Shown here in pieces: positions 24,901 to 36,048 of a DNA stretch of 64,000 nucleotides. The notes below the pieces were generated by a model. It searched no databases, had not been told where the DNA came from, and worked only from the letters and a program-made list of their open reading frames with translations. This DNA is from Curvularia clavata (taxonomy: Eukaryota), in assembly GCA_023920165.1 (NCBI GenBank), contig CP089279.1, positions 1,488,001 to 1,552,000 on the forward strand, read 5' to 3'. Position numbers and translations under genes: made by a program. Position 1 is the stretch's first letter. Every line of letters begins with the position of its first letter.

Positions 24901-25754
24901 CTTGTACGAGAGGCTAAGAGAACATCTGAAACGTAGCCTGGTAGAGGCACCCCTACCAGCCCAGGGACACGTGCGCACTGGCAGCCATGTTTACGTTTTG
25001 CCGCTCGCAGGCTAGTCTTCGGCCTGGATTGCCATGGCGGGTGGTTTTATGAACAGCCCAGTGCGCGGCAGCCCAATCGCTGTTGGCCTCGACCCCTGAC
25101 ATATGTCATGTCCGCCCGCGACGACGAACACCACGAGGAAGCGCCAGGCGCGCCCAAGAAACACAGCACCACACGGCATTTGGCCGGCGTGTGACGGACG
25201 ACGTGCAGCTGCCGTGGGAAAGCGCTTGCTCGAGTTACCAAGTATGGGCCTGTCAGCCAATACAGGTGGGCAGCGCTACGGACTCCAAAACCCCCGGTCA
25301 CCCGCGTGGTCTTGGACGTTCTAGGGGATGATGAAATGAAAGGATCCGAGCACAACAAAGGCCCGCCCAAGACGCTCTAGCTCCAGGCATTGGCAAATCT
25401 GCGGAGGGACGGGGCCGTGGGCGGACCTGCGATGGCGCTTGTTCTCATTTCCAGACCCATACCCGCTGCACAGCGCCCGTTCACTACTTTAGCGCGGCAT
25501 TGTATAAATGTAGTCTATCCCCTCTTTAAAGCCAGCCCTTCCTTTGATACCCCAGGTCTGCGACTTCCCGGTTCCGACGTCTGTCTTTCAGTCTCTACAT
25601 TGTCAATCTTTGACGCCACGTTCTCTACCGCCCTACGGCATCACACGCTCTCTTCACACAAACCTATAACAAAAGCCTCGACCGTCGAACCTTCGCTGTC
25701 AACCCCCGTCCAGTCCTACCAAGTCAATCAACAAAAACCCGCAAATCCGTAACC

Positions 25755-26489
25755 ATGCGTTCCGCTTTCGCTCTCTCCCTCGCTGCCCTTGCTGGCTCTG
25801 CGCTCGCCGCCCCTGCCTACCAGGCTTACCCAGTTGAGCAGCCCGCTCAGAATGGTGCTGTTGATGTTGTCATCGAGACCGTCCTCCACACCGTCTACGT
25901 CACCGAGGGCACTCCTGAGGCTACTCCATGCGAGAGCTCTGCCACCGCGGCTGCTACCCCCGTCTACGAGGCTAAGCCCCCGGTCTACCAGATCGAGACT
26001 CCCAGCCCTGCTCCCACCTACCCAGCCTACACTCCGGCTCCCGCTCCCCCAACAACCCCTACTCCAACTCCTACTCCTACTCCTACCCCCACTCCTGCGC
26101 CTGCGCCTTCCACTGGAGGCTACATGGACGTTGTCGCCAAGTGGCGCTCCAAGCTCGGCCTCAAGGAGCTCGAGTACTCCTCTCAGCTCGAGAGCAACGC
26201 CCTCAACGTAGTCATTGAGGGCAACGGTGTCATGAAGCACAAGCTCAACCCCGGCACCTACGGCCAGGTCCTTGCCCCCGGAAAGGATGACGAGTTCGAG
26301 CGTGTCTTCGTCGGTGGCTGGCTCTGCGAAATCTCCACCCTCCCTGGTCTCGATGGCGTCTGCTCCCAGTACTCCCAGGGCTGGGACTACCAGGGCCAGA
26401 CCGGCCACGCCGAGATCCTCACCTCGCCCAACTACTCCAAGATTGGTTGCAGCAACCGTGAGGGTATCTGGTGCTGCGATCTTGCTTAA
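25755..26489 (+). CDS. Secreted CAP/SCP (PR-1-like) domain protein with Pro/Thr-rich linker
   Basis: Signal peptide, (TP)n linker, C-terminal domain VAKWRSKLGLKEL...GQVLA...GWLCE...TGHAEILTSPNYSKIGC...WCCDLA; TATAAA near 25503; strong codon bias. Confidence 0.82.
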   Translation: MRSAFALSLAALAGSALAAPAYQAYPVEQPAQNGAVDVVIETVLHTVYVTEGTPEATPCESSATAAATPVYEAKPPVYQIETPSPAPTYPAYTPAPAPPTTPTPTPTPTPTPTPAPAPSTGGYMDVVAKWRSKLGLKELEYSSQLESNALNVVIEGNGVMKHKLNPGTYGQVLAPGKDDEFERVFVGGWLCEISTLPGLDGVCSQYSQGWDYQGQTGHAEILTSPNYSKIGCSNREGIWCCDLA

Positions 26490-29400
26490 GCAGCATCACG
26501 AACATGACCGCTCAACAAGGGAGATAGATGCTTCTCTTGGGTGGCTTTTCGATTCTCTTCTTCTTTAGGTGACAGGGCGGCTTGGAGACCATACAACACG
26601 CGAGGCGTATTTATCAATTGCGCTGGTTCGGAACTATTTTCACTTCTCTTTTGTATCTGTACATGATACTCATATCCTGGTTACATTCCCTGCTCACACT
26701 AGGGCGCAGTACTATAGGATTTTACTATCTCTCTCTCTAAGTTAGTACCACTGCGAATTACAGATTTACGAGTTCATGAGCCAACCCTCTGCTTTTGCCT
26801 ACTATGTCCTTGGTTACCTCACCCCCTTTCCCTTGAGTACTATTATGGTGATGACAGCAATAGATAGCCAGCCGCTCTCGCGACCGATCGACACCTTGTC
26901 TAGCTGTTGAGCGAACCATTTTACATTTCGTGCTACCCTTAGCAGATGGACCCGTCACCCAGACTAACAATAGCCACCAAACCTAAATTGGCACAGCCAC
27001 AAGGACGATCCCTTTCCCAATCAAACGCAGGTCCAACACATTAATACGAGCCGCGACCTAAAGAGGAGGGAGGGGGGCTAAGAATGCATCCAGCTAAAAA
27101 TCCATCCCGGGCTGACTTTCTCGTCAGCAAATTCCAAAATAAAAAAGGAACGGAGATGAGGCCCGCTGTAGGCAATTCGTATGCTGCTTACCGCCCCCCC
27201 TTCTCTCGTATTCCCCTGGGCGGGCGTGGCTGCGCGTTCCTGCCTTAGTGGATTTGCCGCACCGCTTCGCTATGCATCCGGTTGCCTCGTCCAGCCTAGA
27301 TCGGTCTTGGGGGGTGGCCTCTTCTCAAGACGACCCCTAGCCCTACTCGCTGGCTCGTATCTTATTTCTTGCTTGAAGACGGAAAAGTGTCACTTTGGCG
27401 CCTCTTGTCTCCTATACTACTCAGGTACCCGGAGTCACGTTGGAATCATTGTCACAAGCTCAGCTGAAGATGGGAAAGGCTGGCGCGCAAATTAAGGTTT
27501 CCCTTCTTGCGTTGTGGAGGCGAATAGAGCGAGTGAGTGAATGAGTGGCTGCTGCGATGCGCGCACAATGTGCGTGTGCTGTTCGGCATGGTGCAGCGCA
27601 GATACGCAATCTTTCGTAGCCACAATCACATCTAGAATCTATGCCGAGTGATCCGAGATTTTGTGTGCATGGTCGCTACGTACTTTGTGGCCCGGGGAAG
27701 CACAGGGAAGAGGGGCGCGTGTGGGAAGGCAAGGGGGCCAATTCTACGCCCCGTGCGAGGTATGTAACGGTAGGGAAAGGCACACGACAAGCCCACACTT
27801 GGCTGAAAACTTGATCTCGCTTAGCTGTGCTTCCTGGTTGTAAATCAATTTTTCTTCTCTTCATCTGCCTGCGGCGCTCTCTCTATCTTGGCCTTCGTGA
27901 TGAGATAATCTACACTACAATTGGCTGACAGGGAACGGGTAGGTGAAAAATCGTTGGTGTCGGATGTGACGCGCACGTCGCAATTTCCTTTATTCCCTAA
28001 CAACTACCCGATATCGTAATGATGAGTTGTCGGCTCGGTGATTTTGCGGGCCATGGGGGTGTTGCAAGGCAGGCAACCAAACGAGGTTCTGGACCTTTGT
28101 TTATCTCGAAAAGTTTTTTTGCGCGCATATAATAACAAATGGGTGGCCCGGTGGAGACGTACTTTCAGTTGAGGGTCTTGGGTCCTCGATGAGCAAATCT
28201 CAGTGTCGGTTTGGCGAATACCTGTAGCGTAGCGTCTGGGCACACTGTGCGACGGCGGTTGCAAATGCAAGGTACACAAACAAGTTATTAAGAGGATGCC
28301 TGTATGGGCCCACTGCTGGTGCAGTGGGCTGTGGGATGATGTGCTGGAGGAATTGGCGAGAGATCGATCGAGAATCACAGAGCAGAGCGATGGATACGTT
28401 CGCACGTGGAATACTGCTCGTGCTCTGTTTCCACCCTCGACTCGAGGTCTGGAATGCGGCGTTGTATCCGCAGTGGTCTGACAACGCTCCCTTACCTCTT
28501 GGCCCCGACTTTGCTACGCGCCGGCTCATCATCCGCGCTGACTTTCGCGGAATATTCGAAGCAACCGTCTTTGTCTCCATCTAGTCCATGCGCGACGTTT
28601 ACCCGTTACCCAACTATATGCTCTCGAGAAGCAATCATGCATCTGTTCATTTCCAACGCTCATCAACGGACACCAAGAAGCAAATGCCGTACCTAGGTAC
28701 TACTGGCAAAGCCAGCCTGTGAGCCCTCGGACCCCAGAGCCCCGATCTTTGTCCAAAGTCGCAAAGACCTCACCGAGGTGCGAGGCTCCTCTATACGACA
28801 ATGCACCGCCACTGCACCGAGGGCTCGCGTTCAAGAGCGCCTTGATCCGCATCACACTGTAAATAATAGAAACACGCTCCTGGGGCCGCAGCATCGTCTC
28901 GGTCCGTAGAGCTTCTGTATGTCTGAGGGACCTGCGCAACACCCATTCCTGATGCAGATGCATATTCCCCATTTAGGCAATTTTTGGAATCTAAATGGAG
29001 ATACGACGGAGATTCAGTGATCCTCTAATACCCAGGCGGTGTATGAAAGATTATTCAACAGGACTTTTGCTGTTCGGCGTCTCCACTGGAAGTCGGTGTG
29101 CAATGCACATTTGTTGTGCTGTCGACTCGCGCCTTGAGTCGCGAAGACTTGGTCGGGCGGTGTGCGAGAGGTGAAACAAAGACCGAGTGTCTCCGTTTCT
29201 ACGTCTGAGTCGTCTGCTACGTAGGGGTCGAAGCGCCGACTGGGAAAGACGTCATTAGTACTGACTATATACAAGCGCCAACTTGTACTGTTCTCCTAGG
29301 CGAACGTGGTGTCTTCGCAGATTGATGTATATTAGATCGGGTGTTCTTTTGGCTTGTTAATATGAGGCGCATGCGGCATGAAGGTCGACTATATCTTGTA

Positions 29401-29783
29401 AGATGAGTTGAGATGAGAAGAAGAGTACGGGGGCTTGTTGTACAGGCACACCTAGCTACTACCAGCGATAGAGTATGGGGCTCAGGAAATCGAAGAAATA
29501 GGAATTAAAAAACCCAGCGAAACTATTCGCATTCCAGGTATACGTACTTTGGCAAGAATGCGTCGGTTCAAGGTCAGGTGGTCCTCTCCGTGGCAGAAGA
29601 CGATATTTTGTTGGTTTAATATAGTAATATTAACGTGGATAAAAGAATAGTCGAAACACTTCGGTAGCAGAGTGTATAGTTAAGAATAGATGTCATCCAA
29701 AGCAAAGAATATGAAGATATTCAATTGTCGTTGAACTCTAGCACATGAGGGTCACAATTAGTGTTGTCCTCTCCTCAATACAA

Positions 29784-29822
29784 GAGTACCTTGATATCAA
29801 TGTGCAAGCCAACAGGGTACTA
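29784..29822. promoter_or_regulatory. Pair of putative ZafA/Zap1-type zinc-responsive elements upstream of RPS29
   Basis: 29784-29798 on the minus strand reads GATATCAAGGTACTC (14/15 to the recalled A. fumigatus ZafA consensus DYYVYCARGGTVYYY). 29808-29822 on the plus strand reads GCCAACAGGGTACTA (13/15). A third CAAGGT core lies at 29569-29574. Confidence 0.55.
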
Positions 29823-29841
29823 CTACTACTACTACTACTAC
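29818..29841. repeat. (TAC)8 microsatellite in the RPS29 promoter
   Basis: Read directly from the sequence. Confidence 0.9.
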
Positions 29842-29997
29842 AGCCACCACCAACGGCACAAACCAGCAACCACACGCACACAGAAGACCAATATTCGTGC
29901 CGTCTGCCAAAAGGAGAAACAAAAACTTCCCAAACCTACATATATCACACCTCATTTCCACACCTCACATCGACTACATCACGCAGCCAAAGCCACC

Positions 29998-30445
29998 ATG
30001 TCCCACGAATCCGTCTGGTACTCGCGCCCGCGAACCTACGGCAAAGGCTCTCGAGGCTGGTGCGTCTTACCCGCATCCTCACTTCTTTTCTCAGTGCCTC
30101 TCTTTTTATGGCCCATCGCACTTCCCTCTCCATCCGGTTCATCTATCCATTTCACATAGCAACACACATAGCTAACCCGTCACCCAAAACCCAGCGTCGT
30201 CACCGGTGACAAGAAGAAATCCGGTATCATCCGCAAGTATGGGCTTAATATGAGTCGTCAGGCATTTCGGGAGAAGGCGCAGGATATTGGGTTCATCAAG
30301 GTATGTGCGTTTTTTTTTTTCACGGAAGAAAGCGAGAAAGGGAGAGCATGTGTGAGATTGAGAGAGGGTGAGGAGGAAGAGACGGCGGGGTCGTGTACTG
30401 AAAAAAAGGATCAAGGCTAACGGGTTGCTGAAATAGTATCGATAA
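29998..30445 (+). CDS. RPS29: 40S ribosomal protein S29 (uS14), zinc-finger-less variant
   Basis: Exons 29998-30059, 30195-30300, 30437-30445 (canonical GT-AG introns with CTAAC branch points). Spliced protein (58 aa): [58 protein letters not shown]. Confidence 0.95.
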
Positions 30446-31540
30446 AGGCCATTTCGAACGTGTGCGATCGGGCGATGATGATGGTCATGAGTGGTTGCAT
30501 ACATACAGAAACAAGGGCGCTAAATCGATGAAATGGACGGGTAAGGAAAAGAGGAAGTTACTATCTGATGACGGAGGGATCATGCTCTATTCGTATGAGT
30601 CAGATGTACTCTGGAATTATCACCGATCCTGTGTACTCTGAATCCATTCCACCCCTTGGGTATTCCAGTCCTAGTGAAGTTCTTTTCTCACATTCGTTCA
30701 ATTGCATTGATGCACAAGTCCTAGTCAATATGGAGGGTGCCTAAAATCCACGACGTCGTGTCTGCTGTATTCATTAGTGAGGCCGTGGACGGCACGAAAC
30801 TCGCGGAGGGCCGTTGGAGTTTGTTAGGCGAATCGGCTGTTGAGTGGCTGTCTCTGCGATCTTAATGACCTTGGTTGTGACGACGTCTTCATCATCCCTA
30901 TTGATCTGTGCAATGGATATGAGCCTACCAAAATTGCCTGAAATGCTGCTTGGCTCCTCGTACATCTTGAAAAAAAGAGAATACATGTGCTTGGTAAGTC
31001 TTGACATAGCTTTCGTCGGATGTCAAAAGGAAGAAATGAAAAGTGAACAAAGCTAGATGAGCAAGGCAAGCACTAGATGTATCAAATAATAAACAGGGTG
31101 CGAAAGGTGAACGAAAATAGAAGCCGCATGAGAGTGCGTACCATCAGTAGACAAAAGTATGCTCCTGCCGAATACCGTTCTCCCTAATGTACCATGTACA
31201 GATTTTTGTTCTATCACAGTAATCACTTGAGAATAAATGGCACTCCTGCCACTTGGTTCGTTCATGGCAATCGAAAGTCCTGTTCTTTGCTAATCTTTCA
31301 GACTAGAGAGACTGTATTTCTGTATCCAACTATCTGGGTGCAGTCCCCATCTTACGAAGGGTGCATTATCTACAAACACTTTACAAACCTGACTGAGTCG
31401 CAGTCATCTACGTGATCATAGTCTAAACAAAAGCGTCAGCCAAATCAAGTCAACCGTTTACATTAATAAATCTATTTCGATTTTGTATCTACACCCATGC
31501 TATGCAAAAATATATTAATCCAATCCCGCAAGCGAAAAGC

Positions 31541-34500
31541 TTATGCAAGTCCCCTCCGATCATCCTCAACCAGCCTCAAACTCCTCTCACAATCCCCACA
31601 ATACCCCTTCACCCACTCTTCCACATGCTTCTCTTTTCCTTGCTTAGCCGCGCTCTCCAACAGCTTCCCGACCTTGCTGCACTTGTGTGTTTCATCAAGC
31701 AACCAGTTTTCGTATTCTGCCTCTACTACCTCCTTCTCAATGCGGTTGACAACGCGCAGTGCGACAAGCAGGTCGTGTCGGTGCGCGCCAAGACTCTGTC
31801 GTGTACGGTGGAGACGCTGTGTACTTTGTGTTGGGGTCTTGAAGAATGTATGCGCTGGGTTTGTTGAGAAGGGGTCATGAAGAAGTTTGGTAAAGGTTTG
31901 GTGGCTATGTAGAGTTAGTTTCATTTACATGATTGAACCAAAAGAACGGAATCATACCATTTGTTGTCGGTGCTGGCGAGAGACGCCGACAACTCGATCC
32001 TTGTATCGTTCGGGTGAAGGAACGCCTCTTCAATGTCGCGAATATAAATCGAGCGAGTCATTGTTGTTGATGGCCCAACTCCCAATCGCACCATGTATTT
32101 GGCAGCGCCCCGTTCATGCCACCAAGTCCAGCTGTCTCTTGAAGTGTAGAAAAAGTTGACGCCGCCACTAAAGAGCAAAAGACCAAATAGCAAGGTATGT
32201 GCTGAAATCACCTTTCCTAGCCCAGCACCTATCGCCAATATCCAGCTCATAACAGTTGAGACTGCACTGATGACAATGTTGCCAATGTACTGCGCAACGA
32301 ATGAGCCCGTAGTCTGTGGTTGCAGCTTGAACTTTCGGGGACGATTGGGTGGCGGGATGTCTTGTGCATCCAGCTGTACGGCTTGTGTTTGCGCACCAAT
32401 CTGGCCGAATATGTTGACAACCTTGTTCGTGTTCCTGTTGTGACCAAGTCTTGCGACCTGGTCATTAATCACATCCACAAGGTCCTGTGCCTCAAGCTCC
32501 ATGTCTTGGGAAGCTTGACGCTCAATGAGCTTCTTTGCAAAGCGTGGGTTACGCTTCCAATCTACCTTTGTGTGAACGGCGAGCTTGCACCGTGCTTTTG
32601 ATACATGTGTAATGACGATCTTGCTGACGAGTACAAAGCGCTCGTGACCAGGCAGATACCAGGGTGTCTTTCGGTCGGATACGACGTAACAGAGGTGATC
32701 GTTCAGCACCTCTATGACTTGGTAATCGTTTATGACAACAGCCCCATTTTTGCCCGGCTGCGCAATCTCGTACTCGAAGTCTCTTCGCTGGAGAGTCTTG
32801 TCACTTGCGGTCCATGGACCCTGCACAACACGCGACGCCATTCGTTCGCGATATAACAGTTGGAAAACTGCGCTCTTGTCACCAAAGAGGATATGAAACA
32901 AACCCTTTGCACTAATGTCGTATTCTTTCTCCACAGCGACCTGTGTCATGCCAGCAGGAGAAAAGACTACGGGTTGATTTGGCAACTTGAACTTTGTGGC
33001 GTTTCTGCTGACATTTCCGCCAGATGGTCCGAACAAGTTACCATCAATGCGCAAACTAGCTTTGATGTTCTTCCCACCATATCCTGGATCGACAGGCGTG
33101 TCTGGGGCAACATCTTCCCAACCTTCCTCACCAGCCAAATGCTGGCTATCATCGGTTTCCAACTTGATGAGTTTCTTGACTGTTTCCTCAAAGTTGTGTT
33201 CGCCCGAGGCTGCATCACGAACGAGGAAGTTCAAACGTCGCAGGAGCAATCTCAGAGGCTCCAAGAAGGTCTTGACGGTGAGCCTGGTGGCACCGTCTTC
33301 CCTAGCGCCAGATTTGAAATGAAGGAACAAGAAGTCACAATCTTTACCAGGTGCCGCAGTCACTTCATCAATTGAAGACATGCTGATCCCAGTCACGAGA
33401 ACGAGACCAAGGTGATTGCTGTAAAAGTAGATGTTCTTGGTTGTGACGTAGACACGACCCGGAAACTCTTGTAGATCTGTTGGGTTCCACACTGCACGGA
33501 ACACTAGGACCACTTTCTCTGATCGTGGTACGGTAGGGAACAGTATACGGAACTGCGCATCCTGCATACGTAGAGCAAGAGGATAACAGCTTGGGAACTC
33601 CTCATCAGCTGTCTCCTTACTGGCAGCCGACATAAGCCCACCAAGGCTGGCGGACTTACGATGCGCTGCACTGGGGGTGATTTTTGGTACTGCTCCCGTT
33701 TGAGCCTTTTCGTCATCAGGCATCGGGTTGGGAGAAAGAATCACTGGACTTGGGGGGCCCGATTGACTACGGTCACGGGTACTGGGTTCTTCCTGGCCCA
33801 AGATATTGACATACCCCCAGTTCACTGAGCCCCACAAGTTGGCCATGAGTCCTCCAGGCATATTACCTGAGCGGCCGGTACCGAGGCCCCGCTCGCCGCT
33901 CACAGCGACAGCAGCTTTGCTAAGATTTGTCGGTGCTGGTGGACCCGCGAGCGTCGAAGGAGCAAGTGTGGTATAAGGAAGCGTCTGGCCCATGACGAGT
34001 CGAGTATCAGGAAGCCCGGCTGCAGGTGCTGTGATCTGTCCAACCTGTACGATGTTGTGACTGGCTGAAGCAAGGCTGGCAGATATGAGACTAGCAATAC
34101 CGCCACTTGCAGAAGAAGGATTGTTTCCACTAAGTTGGGGACCTAGAGTTGATTTTCGAGTAAGGTCAAGCTTTTCCATGATTCTGGCGGTGTGATCGCG
34201 ACGACTGCTCTCGCCTTCGAGTCCAGTAGCACGCCGTGACACATCAAAACTACCACGTGTTGCAAGGCCATCAGCGCCAGGGGGACCGAGGGTCTCAGCC
34301 CGGTCGAAGTTCGCAGCATCGTCGCCAGGAAGACCTGCGTTGCCTTCCGATGTTTTTGCAGCAAATTCAGGGGCTACAGGCGGACTGATGGAGAATGCAG
34401 CATCGATAGAAGCAGCACCTGACAGATCCTTGGATGTGTCTTCTAGCGCCTTACGCTTAGCGACTTCAAAGGCAGAGATCCATTCAGTTATATCGTTTTG

Positions 34501-35744
34501 TGTCTCAGCCTGAAGGAGGATAGTAGTATCTTTGGTCTTGACTTCGAAGCAGAAGCGTCGTTCCTCTGCAAATGCTGGTCGAATACCACAGAGCAAGACA
34601 CCGATCTTTTCTGATTCTTCAACAGCGCCAGATCGTGTTCCTTGTGTCAGCCAGCCAAAGATGCCATTCTTGACAAAGAACCACCGTCTGACCCAATAAG
34701 TTCTGGCAGGCTTACCTGTGATGGTGCGTTGGAACAGCCAGCCCTGCTTCTCAGCCTTCTCACTTGCTGGGTCCGCTTTAGCTGGTGCTTGCAGATTGGC
34801 AGATGAGGCAGCTGTGCCAAGATAGGGAACAGTCGAGGCAGCGTAGGAGTCCAAGTCTCGCAACGGGCGCGCATTGACTTCGGCAGCGGCCTCGATCTGC
34901 TGTCGCGCAAGGTGCAGTTCTCTCTTGAAGACACGCTCGCCGTTCTCCATCTCTTTGCTCCAGCCGCGCACCCGCTCAACATCCGATGTCCAATTGGAGA
35001 AGCCCTTGGCAGTCGATTCAGTCCCGGACTTCATCTCACGCCACTGCTCATGGACAATCTTGACTAGTAACCTGTCCAATGTCAGGCGCACCTGAGGCGC
35101 TAGCACACAGAAGTTCATGCTGGCTTGGAGATATGCCCTCCGTGCCTCGTGCAGCTGGAACGCATCCTCTCTCAATGACGAGGCCTCCTTGGACTTGATC
35201 TGTCCTGCATATCGGGCGATGGCTCCGTCAAAGATGCGTTGGGTCGAGTCTAGGTTTTTGCGGGCCTCCTTCAACACGCGCAAGTCATTGGAGAGGAAGG
35301 CTCGCAAAGGCTCACACATGGTCGTCTCAGCCCGCTTCATGCATCGCAGTGCGCTGTTCCAGTATTCGCGAGCCCCTTCCCCAAAACGCTTGAGGGCCAG
35401 AACTGTGTAATCATGGTCGACGACAGCTTCAGAGAGCTGTAGCGGTGGGTGTGAGGTTTGAACATAGGTGTCAACAAGAGCCTGCATGTTGCTGCACTCG
35501 GCTGCGAGTCTCGAGGTAGCACGGATGAAGGAGTCGAGCCATCTTTCTATCAGTTCGATCTGGTCGCCATAGTGGACAGCGGTCGCGCGGAAGGTGGGCG
35601 AGTCGAGGGCAGCTTCTTTAATCACTACGGGTCTGAACGCTGTAAGTATAACCGTGAGCCTTTCGAGGCCCTCTGAACATACATCAAGTCCAGTGGCCGC
35701 GACACTGGCTCCACGCTAACGTTCGGGAGCTGTTCTTCAGCCAT
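31541..35744 (-). CDS. SIP3: Sip3/Ysp1 (LAM1/LAM3) family membrane-anchored lipid transfer protein (BAR-PH-GRAM-like-VASt-TM)
   Basis: Exons 35744-35683, 35632-31958, 31904-31541. Motifs KEAALDSPTFR (BAR), EKQGWLF...WVRRWFFVKNGIFGWL (PH), FPGRVYVT (GRAM-like), AKGLFHILFGDKS (VASt), a TM segment, and C-terminal RHDLLVALRVVNRIE. Confidence 0.92.
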
Positions 35745-36048
35745 GCTTGCTGGCGTGTTCGCTAACAAAGGCTATGGGGACGAGCATCTACAAAGAGCCT
35801 CGATACAAGTAGACATGAAGGCTATGGTATATGGCGGAAAGTCATGAGGCGGTCGATGTCGCGTGGTGTTGGCTATCGTTCTAACCGTGCATGGCCTCGA
35901 CCCTAGATTGCGGCGGTCGGTCGTCACTGCCGCGGCGAACGTCAGGGTTCACGCGCTAGCAGCTACTCCACCAAAATTTTGTGACCGGCAGCGCAACCCA
36001 AATCTAGTTCAATCCATCAACGCCAACATCAACGTTGACGCGCGGGAC

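Noticed and set aside
24267..24917. 216 aa ORF in the BYS1-CAP spacer
   Set aside because: Non-ATG start, no motifs and no codon bias.
25728..26408. 226 aa antisense ORF over the CAP gene, and similar shadow ORFs over KRI1, SIP3, the GlcG gene and 48520-49425
   Set aside because: Explained by codon bias or low-complexity composition of the real gene; no recognisable protein features.
28200..28700. Coding-like fragments (GLWDDVLEELARDRSR...) upstream of RPS29
   Set aside because: Short, with no coherent splice model or recognisable family. It could be a decayed gene, but I cannot support that.
29998..30445. Alternative explanations for the Cys-less RPS29 (pseudogene, hidden mutually exclusive exon, bacterial or mitochondrial S14 transfer)
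   Set aside because: The frame and splice sites are intact, changes concentrate on the Zn ligands, no CRVC/CRQC exon is present in either intron, and the flanking residues are of the cytosolic fungal type.
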